This document shows, piece by piece, positions 56,233-64,000 of a stretch of 64,000 bases of DNA; positions within the stretch are counted from its first letter, which is position 1; the number at the start of each line of letters is the position of its first letter. The translations under genes and the position numbers were made by a program. The DNA lies in assembly GCA_963833985.1 (NCBI GenBank), contig CAWIAD010000002.1:1056001-1120000 (forward strand), read 5' to 3'. The notes under the pieces are model-generated. The model was not told where the DNA came from, did no database searches, and saw nothing but the letters and a program-made list of their open reading frames with translations. Source of the stretch: an uncultured Planctomycetaceae bacterium. GTDB lineage: Bacteria > Planctomycetota > Planctomycetia > Isosphaerales > Isosphaeraceae.

Positions 56233-59200
56233 ATGCCCATGCCCATGCCATCCAGTCACAAACCGTTTGTGGGGCTTGCCGCTTGCGGTCTGATAGCCAT
56301 CCTGCTCGGGTGGCCGCTTGTGCCGGCCTGCGCGGGGGAGTTCAAGCTGGGCGAGCGCACGCTCAGGGTGCCGGCGGGGTTCACGGTGGAGCTGGTGGCG
56401 GGGCCGCCGCTGGCGGATCGGCCGATCACGGCAGACTTCGACGAGGAAGGCCGGCTCTACGTCGCCGATTCGTCGGGCTCGAACGACAACGTCCAGAAGC
56501 AGCTTGCCGAACGGCCGCACCGGATCCTCCGGCTCGAGGACCGAGACGGCGACGGCACGTACGAGATCCGCACCATCTTCGCCGATCACATGATGTTTCC
56601 CGAAGGCACGATGTGGCACGATGGCTCGCTTTACGTCTCGGCGCCGCCGAGCATCTGGAAGCTCACCGATACCAACGGCGACGGCGTGGCCGACCAGCGC
56701 GTCGAATGGTTCCAGGGCAAGACCCTCACTGGCTGCGCCAACGACCTGCACGGGCCCTATCTCGGGCCCGACGGCTGGATCTACTGGTGCAAGGGTGCGT
56801 TCGGCCGTCAGACCTACGAACGCCCGGGCAAGCCGCCGTTCGTCACCCGCGCGGCGCACATCTTCCGCTGCAAGCCCGACGGCTCGAACATCGAGCCGGT
56901 CATGACGGGCGGGATGGACAACCCGGTGGACGTCGCCTTCACGCCGGGTGGCGAACGGATCCTCACCTGCACCTTCTTCCAGCACCCCGGGGGCGGCAAG
57001 CGCGACGGGCTCATCCACGCCATCTACGGCGGCATCTACGGCAAGGTGCACGCGCCCATCTTCGAGCCGGCACACCAGTGGACCGGCCCCGAGGTCATGC
57101 CCGTGCTGCTGAACATGGGCCCGGCCGCGCCCTGCGGCCTGACGCGCTACGAGTCGGCGGCGTTCGGCCCGGAATACCGCGACAACCTGTTTGCCTGCTA
57201 CTTCAACCTGCACAAGGTGGGCCGGCATGTGCTGACGCCGGCCGGTGCCTCGTTCACGGCGGCCGACGAGGACTTCGTGACCAGCCGGGACCTCGATTTC
57301 CATCCCACCGATGTGCTCGAGGACGCCGACGGCAGCCTGGTGGTGGTGGATACCGGCGGCTGGTACAAGCTCTGCTGCCCGAGCTCGCAGCTTCAGAAGC
57401 CCGATGTCCTGGGCGGCGTGTACCGCATTCGCAAGCAGGGAGCCGCCCGCATCGACGACCCGCGCGGGCTCAAGCTGTCCTGGAACACGATGACCCCGCC
57501 CGAGCTGGCGCGCCTGCTCGATGACCCGCGACCGGCCGTCCAGCATCGGGCCATGGCCACCCTGGCCCGGCGCAGTGAAGGGGCAATCGCCGTTCTGGCC
57601 CGCCAGGTCGCCGCGGAGCAATCGGTCACGGCGCGGAGGAACGCGATCTGGACCGCGGCGCGGATCGACCGGCCGACCGCGCACCTGGTCATCGCCGCAG
57701 GGCTGATCGATCCCGACGAGACCGTCCGCCAGGCCGCCTGTCATGTCGGGGCCCTGCGGCGCGATGCCGGCAGCGTGCCGTCCCTGGTGCGGCTCCTGAG
57801 CAATGCTTCGCTTCAGAACCGCCGCGCCGCGGCCGAGGCGCTGGGGCGTATCGCAGACCGCTCCGCCGTGCCCGGGCTGCTGAACGCCCTGACCGCGCTT
57901 TCCGCGCCCGACCGCGTGCTCGAGCACTCGCTCACCTACGCCCTGATCGAGATCGGCGATCCGGCAGCCACGGCGATGGGCCTCAAGAACGGCAACCTCC
58001 GCACGCGCCGCGCGGCACTGATCGCGCTCGACCAGATGGAGGGCGGCCGCCTCGACCCGGCAGCCACCGCGGCACTGCTGTCGAGTCCCGATCGGGAACT
58101 GAAGGAGGCGGCCTCATGGATCGTCGGCCGTCATCCCGAGTGGGCCGGCACCCTGGCCGGATTCTTCCGCGAGCGGTTGTTCAACGGCGCGCTGGCGGCC
58201 GGCGACCGGGCCGAGCTCGAGCGGCAGCTCGCCCGGTTTGCGTCCGCGTCCGAGATCCAGACGCTCCTGGCCGGGCCGCTGGCCAACGCAGGGGCGCCCG
58301 TCGAGGTCAAGCTCAGCAGCCTGAAGGCCATGACGGCTTCCGGGCTGAAAAACGTGCCCGCGCCGTGGGTCGAAGGGCTCGCCCAGGTGCTGGCCGGGGA
58401 CAACGCCGAGCTCAAAGCACAGGCCATTGCGGCGGTGCGTGCCTTGCCGCTGGCCGGGAAGAGCGCGAATGCGGTCAAGCCGCGTCTGCTCGCCCTGGCG
58501 CGCCGGGCCGAGGCACCGGCGAGCTTCCGCCTGGCCGCGCTGGCTGCGGTCCCCGGCGGCCTGGATCGGGTCGATCCTTCCCTGTTCTCGTTCCTGCTGG
58601 GGCAGCTTGACCCCGCGCAGCCGGCGAGCGCCCGTTCCGCGGCCGCCGATGTGCTGGCGCACGCCCGGCTGGACCGGGCACAGCTCGACGCCCTGGCCGA
58701 CGTGCTCGCTCATGCCGGGCCGCTGGAGGCCGATCGCCTGCTCTCGGCGTTCGAACAATCCAGCGACGAGGCCCTGGGCCGGAGACTGGTCGAGCGCCTG
58801 GGTGCATCGCCGGCGCTGACCAGCCTGCGGATCGACGCGCTGAAGCAGCACCTGGCGAAGTTTGGTGCGCCGGTGCAGACGGCCGCGCAGGCTCTGTACT
58901 CGCGGATCAATGCCGATGCCGCCCGCCAGACGGCGCGGATCGACGAGCTGGTCACGAGGATCGTCGGCGGTGACGCCCGGCGCGGGCAGCTCGTCTTCCA
59001 CAGTGAGAAGGCCGCCTGCTTCACGTGCCACGCCATTGGCTACCGGGGCGGGAACGTGGGCCCCGATCTGACGAAGGTCGGCCAGGTGCGCTCCGAGCGA
59101 GACCTGCTGGAGGCCATCGTCTATCCCAGCGCCAGCCTGATCCGCAGCTTCGAGCCGGTGCTCGTGGCCACGGCGGACGGAAAGGTGACCAACGGCCTGC

Positions 59201-59385
59201 TGCGCAGCGAGAGTTCCGACGAGATCGTGCTGGCGACCGGTGCCAACCAGGAGGCACGGATCCGCCGCGCTGACATCGAGGAGATCCGCCCCAGCAGCGT
59301 CTCGGTCATGCCCGCCGGGCTGGACCAGCAGCTCAGCGCGCAGGAGCTGGCCGACCTGGTGGCGTTTCTCAAGGCCTGCCGCTGA
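56233..59385 (+). CDS. PVC-type heme-binding CxxCH protein (sugar-dehydrogenase-like beta-propeller, HEAT repeats, cytochrome c)
   Basis: GFTVELVA...FDEEGRLYV; GPDGWIY; HEAT repeats; CFTCH...VGPDL...SVMPAGL. Confidence 0.9.
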   Translation: MPMPMPSSHKPFVGLAACGLIAILLGWPLVPACAGEFKLGERTLRVPAGFTVELVAGPPLADRPITADFDEEGRLYVADSSGSNDNVQKQLAERPHRILRLEDRDGDGTYEIRTIFADHMMFPEGTMWHDGSLYVSAPPSIWKLTDTNGDGVADQRVEWFQGKTLTGCANDLHGPYLGPDGWIYWCKGAFGRQTYERPGKPPFVTRAAHIFRCKPDGSNIEPVMTGGMDNPVDVAFTPGGERILTCTFFQHPGGGKRDGLIHAIYGGIYGKVHAPIFEPAHQWTGPEVMPVLLNMGPAAPCGLTRYESAAFGPEYRDNLFACYFNLHKVGRHVLTPAGASFTAADEDFVTSRDLDFHPTDVLEDADGSLVVVDTGGWYKLCCPSSQLQKPDVLGGVYRIRKQGAARIDDPRGLKLSWNTMTPPELARLLDDPRPAVQHRAMATLARRSEGAIAVLARQVAAEQSVTARRNAIWTAARIDRPTAHLVIAAGLIDPDETVRQAACHVGALRRDAGSVPSLVRLLSNASLQNRRAAAEALGRIADRSAVPGLLNALTALSAPDRVLEHSLTYALIEIGDPAATAMGLKNGNLRTRRAALIALDQMEGGRLDPAATAALLSSPDRELKEAASWIVGRHPEWAGTLAGFFRERLFNGALAAGDRAELERQLARFASASEIQTLLAGPLANAGAPVEVKLSSLKAMTASGLKNVPAPWVEGLAQVLAGDNAELKAQAIAAVRALPLAGKSANAVKPRLLALARRAEAPASFRLAALAAVPGGLDRVDPSLFSFLLGQLDPAQPASARSAAADVLAHARLDRAQLDALADVLAHAGPLEADRLLSAFEQSSDEALGRRLVERLGASPALTSLRIDALKQHLAKFGAPVQTAAQALYSRINADAARQTARIDELVTRIVGGDARRGQLVFHSEKAACFTCHAIGYRGGNVGPDLTKVGQVRSERDLLEAIVYPSASLIRSFEPVLVATADGKVTNGLLRSESSDEIVLATGANQEARIRRADIEEIRPSSVSVMPAGLDQQLSAQELADLVAFLKACR

Positions 59386-59408
59386 AACCGTGCGAGACGA
59401 GGCCCACC

Positions 59409-60308
59409 ATGCCGCTGAAGCTGGCTGCCTTTCCGAAGTGCTTTATCGACCAGATCGCCGGCGAGCGGTCGATGTCGGTCTTCGACTGGATCCACATGGC
59501 CCGGGCGCTCGACGCCGACGGCCTGGAGATGTACGACGGCTTCTTCACGGGCCTGGACGACGCGTACATCGACCGCGTGGGCGAGGCGATTCACGCAGCC
59601 GGCTTTGCGATGCCCATGCTCTGCTGCTCGCCCGATTTCACGAACCCCAGCGCCGACGGCCGCAAGCGGGCCATCGACCGCGAGGTGGAGCTGATCCGCG
59701 CGACCCGGCGGCTGGGCGGGCCGCGCTCGGTATGCCGCGTGCTCTCCGGCCAGCGCTATCCCGAGGTCAGCCGCGAGCAAGGGCTGGCCTGGGTGGTCGA
59801 GTGCCTCACGGCCGTGCTACCCGCCGCGCGTGAGCTGGACATCGTGCTGGGCCTGGAGAACCACTACAAGGACGGCTTCTGGAAGTATCCCGAGTTCGCC
59901 CAGAAGCAGGACGTCTTCCTGGAGCTGCTGGCGGCCATTCCCGAGCGGACGCACTTCGGCGTGCAGTACGATCCGTCAAACGCCATCGTGGCCGGCGACG
60001 ACCCGGTTGCGCTGTTGCGGGCCGTGGCCGATCGGGTCGTGAGCATGCACGCCAGCGACCGCTACCTGGCCGAGGGCACGTCGCTCGACGACCTGCGCCA
60101 GAGCGACGGCACGCTGGGGTACTCGGCGAACCTCCGGCACGGCGTGACCGGACGCGGACTGAACGATTATGACGCCATCTTCCGCATCCTGGCAGAGCAT
60201 AAGTACCGCGGCTGGGTGAGCATCGAGGACGGGATGAACGGCATGGACGAGATGGCCGAATCGCTGGCGTTCCTGAGGCGCATGAGCGCGCAGTACTTTC
60301 CGGACTAA
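59409..60308 (+). CDS. Sugar phosphate isomerase/epimerase (AP endonuclease 2 TIM barrel)
   Basis: LGLENH...QYDPSN...SMHASD...VSIED. Confidence 0.88.
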   Translation: MPLKLAAFPKCFIDQIAGERSMSVFDWIHMARALDADGLEMYDGFFTGLDDAYIDRVGEAIHAAGFAMPMLCCSPDFTNPSADGRKRAIDREVELIRATRRLGGPRSVCRVLSGQRYPEVSREQGLAWVVECLTAVLPAARELDIVLGLENHYKDGFWKYPEFAQKQDVFLELLAAIPERTHFGVQYDPSNAIVAGDDPVALLRAVADRVVSMHASDRYLAEGTSLDDLRQSDGTLGYSANLRHGVTGRGLNDYDAIFRILAEHKYRGWVSIEDGMNGMDEMAESLAFLRRMSAQYFPD

Positions 60309-60317
60309 GGTGGCGGT

Positions 60318-61430
60318 ATGAACCGCGTGCGGACCGCCGTGATCGGTTGCGGCAAGATCGGCCAGACCCAGGCCGAGGCGCTGCGCCTCTTACCCGAGTC
60401 GGAGTTCGTGGCGGTCTGCGACAGCGACCGGCGCAGGGCCGAGGCCTTCGCCGCACGTCATGAGGCCGCTCCGTACACCGATGTTCCGGAGATGATCCGC
60501 ACCAGCGCGGTGGAGGCGGTCTGCATCTGCACGCCGCATCCGGCCCACGCCGGTCCGGCCGTTGCGGCGGCGCGTGCGGGGGCCCACGTCCTGGTCGAGA
60601 AGCCGCTGGCGGCCAGCCTGGACGATTGCGACGCGATCCTCGCCGCGGCGCGGGAGAACGGGGTCTTGCTGGGGGTCATCAGCCAGCGCCGCTGGTATGA
60701 GCCGGTCCGCAGGATGCAGGCCGCCATTGCTGCCGGCAAGATCGGCCGGCCCGTGCTGGGCGGGTTCACGATGTATAGCTGGCGCGATGAGGCCTATTAC
60801 CGGTCCGACCCATGGCGCGGCCGCTGGGATACGGAAGGTGGCGGCGTGCTCATCAACCAGTCGCCCCACATGATCGACCTGCTCTTGTGGCTGATGGACG
60901 ACCATGTGACCGAGGTGAGCGGTTACTGGGCGAACCTGAACCATCCCTACGTCGAGGTGGAAGACACCGCGGTGGCCATCCTGCGGTTCGCGCGCGGCGG
61001 GCTGGGCTCGATTGTGACCAGCCTGTCGCAGCGTCCTGGCATTCATACCAAGGTTCATATTCACGGGTCGAACGGCAGTTCGGTGGGTGTCGAGACCGAC
61101 CGCGGCGCGACGTTCATCGCGGGCATGAGCACCATTGCCGAGCCCCCGCTCAACGACCTCTGGACGATCCCCGGCGAGGAGCGGCTGCTGGAGCAGTTCC
61201 AGGCCGAGGATCGCGCCCGGTTTGCCGGGCTCGACCCGGTCACGCACTACCACGCCTTGCAGATCGCGGACTTTCTTCAGGCGATCCGGCACGGCCGGGC
61301 CCCTGCCGTGGGCGGCGAGGACGGGCGTGCGGTGGTGGCGGTCATCGAGGCGATCTATCGCTCGAACCGGGAGCAGGGCCCGATCCGGCCCGGCGGCCGG
61401 CCATCCCCGGGCGTCCCGAGCGTTCAGTAG
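60318..61430 (+). CDS. Gfo/Idh/MocA oxidoreductase
   Basis: AVIGCGKIG, HVLVEKP, GGGVLINQSPHMID. Confidence 0.93.
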   Translation: MNRVRTAVIGCGKIGQTQAEALRLLPESEFVAVCDSDRRRAEAFAARHEAAPYTDVPEMIRTSAVEAVCICTPHPAHAGPAVAAARAGAHVLVEKPLAASLDDCDAILAAARENGVLLGVISQRRWYEPVRRMQAAIAAGKIGRPVLGGFTMYSWRDEAYYRSDPWRGRWDTEGGGVLINQSPHMIDLLLWLMDDHVTEVSGYWANLNHPYVEVEDTAVAILRFARGGLGSIVTSLSQRPGIHTKVHIHGSNGSSVGVETDRGATFIAGMSTIAEPPLNDLWTIPGEERLLEQFQAEDRARFAGLDPVTHYHALQIADFLQAIRHGRAPAVGGEDGRAVVAVIEAIYRSNREQGPIRPGGRPSPGVPSVQ

Positions 61431-61972
61431 GGCACCTTGTCCGGGAGGCTGGCGTACTCCTTCCAGACCTGGAGCGCCTCGTCGCGCAGAAGCTGCACCT
61501 GGGGCAGGTCGCGGAGGCCGGCGGGCTGCTTGAGCTGGTCGTAAAGGTACCGGTCGTCGAAGCCGCCATAGGCCCTGGCGTCGTCCACGGTGGCCGCGTA
61601 CACGATGCCGTCCAGCCCTGCCCAGTAAGCGGCCGCCAGGCACATCGGGCAGGGCGCGGACGAGGTGTAGAGGATGCAGCCATCAAGCTTGAACACGCGC
61701 AGGAATGAGCAAGCGTTGCGGATGGCCTCCATCTCGGCGTGCCAGGTGGGGTCGAACCGGGAGACCACCTGGTTGGAGCCCTTCCCCACGATATGGCCGT
61801 TGCGGTCCGCGATGACGGCACCGAAAGGCCCTCCGTTGCGTGCCACGATGCCGGCTTCCCGTCCCGCGGCGATCGCGGTGCGCAGCAGGTCCTGCTGCCT
61901 GGCCAGTGCGTCGCGTGCCTGCCCGTCCTGCCCGGTCGGCCAGGAGTTCCGGAAAGCCGGAGAAAATACCAT
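61424..61972 (-). CDS. Cytidine-deaminase-superfamily nucleoside deaminase (guanine deaminase-like)
   Basis: GGPFGAVI...DPTWHAEMEAIR...SSAPCPMCLAAAYWA...GFDD. Confidence 0.88.
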   Translation of the reverse strand: MVFSPAFRNSWPTGQDGQARDALARQQDLLRTAIAAGREAGIVARNGGPFGAVIADRNGHIVGKGSNQVVSRFDPTWHAEMEAIRNACSFLRVFKLDGCILYTSSAPCPMCLAAAYWAGLDGIVYAATVDDARAYGGFDDRYLYDQLKQPAGLRDLPQVQLLRDEALQVWKEYASLPDKVPY

Positions 61973-62368
61973 GACCCGGTTTGCCTTCCCTTTCATCTCA
62001 GAGAACTGCACCACGATTCCGGTCAAGCCGTGCCGCAAGTCGAGATATAGCAAACACCAGGCCATTTTCTTGCCGCCCGGGAGACACAACGCGCTTGTCC
62101 GAAACCGGCGTTCGACATACCATGTGCTAAGAATCCTTGAAGAATTGGTCCCTGATTCCATGAAGGACGCCGGTCCTTCGGAGCGGCGTTTGCGTGGGAG
62201 CCTCGTAGCGGTCCAGCCGGGTCGGGTGCTACACCGGCACCTGTGCCGTCGACGAAGCGGCAAGCCGGATGATCTGGAGCGCCGGGCAGTGTGCAAGCCG
62301 GCTGAAGCCGCGAGGCCGACGCATTGACGAACATTGGTGAGCAAGCCAGTCAAAAAACCGAGGTTGAA

Positions 62369-63640
62369 GTGATCAGAGAGCAGCCCCTCGAACAGCCATT
62401 CAAGGTGGGTAAGTTTGACCTGGGCATGTCCGCGCGGTGGCTGGAAGCGCGGGTCCGGCATCCGGTTCGGCGTGGAGCGCTGAGCCCCCGCGAGTCGGCT
62501 CTGACCGAGCGCCTCAAGCGTCTCAAGCGCGAGGCCGGCTCGCACTCGCCGAGCGCTCCCACTCTGGCCAGGATGATTCCTGAGCTCCGGCTGCGGGTCG
62601 ACGCCTGTTTTCTGTCCAATCCTTACGCCACCGACCTGTTCCTGGAATACCTGAATCGCGAGGTCATCCGCACCGGCAAGCTGCGCCGGCTCCTGGAATT
62701 CTACCCGTCGCAGAACCGCGTGATCGCGTCGAAGCTGAGCACCGCGGTGGGGGTGCCCGCCAGCGACCTCTTCGTGGGCAACGGGGCCGTCGAGATCATC
62801 CAGGCGATCCTCCACCGCTTCACCCGGGACAAGATACTGGTCAACCTGCCCACATTTTCACCCTATCATGAGTTTGTGCGTCCGGACACCCGGGTCGTAT
62901 ACAATGTGCTGGACAGGGACGCGGACTTCCGGCTGGATCCCAGGAAGTACCTGGAGTGCGTCCGCCGGGAGAAGCCCGACACCGTGGTGCTGATCAACCC
63001 CAACAACCCGGACGGCGGGTATATCCCTTATGCCACGCTCGTGAGCATGCTGGAAGAGCTGCGCTCGGTGCCGAACGTGATCCTCGACGAGAGCTTCATT
63101 CACTTCGCTTGCGAGGGAGACGATTACGCCTACCGCAGCATGAGCGGCGAGGTTGATCGCTTCCGGAACCTGATGGTCGTCAAGAGCATGTCGAAGGACT
63201 TCGGCATTGCGGGCATCCGCGCCGGCTATGCCGTGATGGCACCCCAGCGCGTGCAGGCGCTCCTGGAGAACGGTTACCTCTGGAACTCGTCGGGCCTGGC
63301 GGAATACTTTTTCGACCTCTACTCCAGGCCTGAATTCCACGTGGAGTACGAGCGCAAACGCGTCCATTACATCCGCCACTCGCGGCGGTTCTTCAAGGCC
63401 CTGTCGCTGATGCCGGGCCTGCACGCCTATCCGACCTCGGCCAACTTCGTGCTCATCGAGCTGTGCAACGGCATGACGGCCGAGGAGCTGGTCTGCCGCC
63501 TGCTGGTGCGCAGGGGCATCTACACCCGGACCTGCGACGACAAGAAGGGCCTCGAGCCCGGCAAGTTCATCCGCGTCGCCTCGCGCTGCCGGTCCGAGAA
63601 CCGGTTCGTGCTCCGTGCTTTCCGCGATATTCTAAGGTAA
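62369..63640 (+). CDS. PLP-dependent aminotransferase class I/II (HisC/CobD-like); start may be 62324
   Basis: GNGAVE, INPNNPDG, ILDESF, KSMSKDFGIAGIRAGY. Confidence 0.88.
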   Translation: MIREQPLEQPFKVGKFDLGMSARWLEARVRHPVRRGALSPRESALTERLKRLKREAGSHSPSAPTLARMIPELRLRVDACFLSNPYATDLFLEYLNREVIRTGKLRRLLEFYPSQNRVIASKLSTAVGVPASDLFVGNGAVEIIQAILHRFTRDKILVNLPTFSPYHEFVRPDTRVVYNVLDRDADFRLDPRKYLECVRREKPDTVVLINPNNPDGGYIPYATLVSMLEELRSVPNVILDESFIHFACEGDDYAYRSMSGEVDRFRNLMVVKSMSKDFGIAGIRAGYAVMAPQRVQALLENGYLWNSSGLAEYFFDLYSRPEFHVEYERKRVHYIRHSRRFFKALSLMPGLHAYPTSANFVLIELCNGMTAEELVCRLLVRRGIYTRTCDDKKGLEPGKFIRVASRCRSENRFVLRAFRDILR

Positions 63641-63747
63641 ACAAACCTAAATAAAATAGCTCGGGCGCTTCGCCAGCAACATGTCCCGGTCCCGGTGGTC
63701 ATGGCCCCTCGGGCCTCGGCGACGTCCTCGCTCCGCTCCGTCAGGCT

Positions 63748-64000
63748 TCAGGCCAGCAGTTCCTTGACCACGCGGGCCGGCTCGACGCCGGTGAGGCGCT
63801 GGTCCAGTCCCTGGTAGCGGTACGTGAAGCGATGATGATCGAAGCCGAGCAGTTGCAGCACGGTGGCGTGGAAGTCGCGGATGTGCACGGGATCTTTGGT
63901 GATGTTGTATGAGAACTCGTCGGTCTCACCGTAGATCGTGCCGCCCCTGGCGCCCCCGCCGGCCATCCACATGGTGAAGCAGCGCGGGTGATGGTCGCGG
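63748..64000 (-). CDS. DUF1501 protein, C-terminal fragment
   Basis: [16 protein letters not shown]...YGETDEF...[31 protein letters not shown]. Confidence 0.9.
   Translation of the reverse strand, partial: RDHHPRCFTMWMAGGGARGGTIYGETDEFSYNITKDPVHIRDFHATVLQLLGFDHHRFTYRYQGLDQRLTGVEPARVVKELLA

Overview
GC-rich bacterial chromosome segment, almost certainly Planctomycetota and probably Isosphaeraceae-like. Markers are DUF1559 prepilin-like, DUF1501, PEP-CTERM and PVC-type CxxCH proteins, a large membrane-anchored ECF sigma factor and a DWGLAK-type Ser/Thr kinase. It holds about 40 protein genes; no rRNA, tRNA, CRISPR array or transposase was seen. Many genes are split by 1-2 nt indels, often loss of one GC unit in GCGCGC tracts, which looks like long-read assembly error rather than pseudogenisation. 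Main modules: (1) a tyrosine/homogentisate catabolic operon (hppD-fahA-hmgA-flavin reductase-like) headed by an uncharacterised heme-oxygenase-like diiron enzyme and containing an unknown beta-sandwich protein; (2) a giant ECF sigma factor, a catalytically dead S41-like protein and a beta-propeller di-heme cytochrome; (3) housekeeping genes (ybdK, rsmA, riboflavin synthase); (4) a P1B ATPase lacking the CPx motif; (5) a SauUSI-like PLD-helicase-DUF3427 restriction gene; (6) an ECF/anti-sigma/PDZ-only triad; (7) a cyclic beta-1,2-glucan synthase plus an ABC exporter; (8) a ubiquitin-like/DUF5678 fusion coupled to a truncated aspartyl protease; (9) a sugar-oxidation operon. All family assignments come from motif recognition by eye; no database searches were run.
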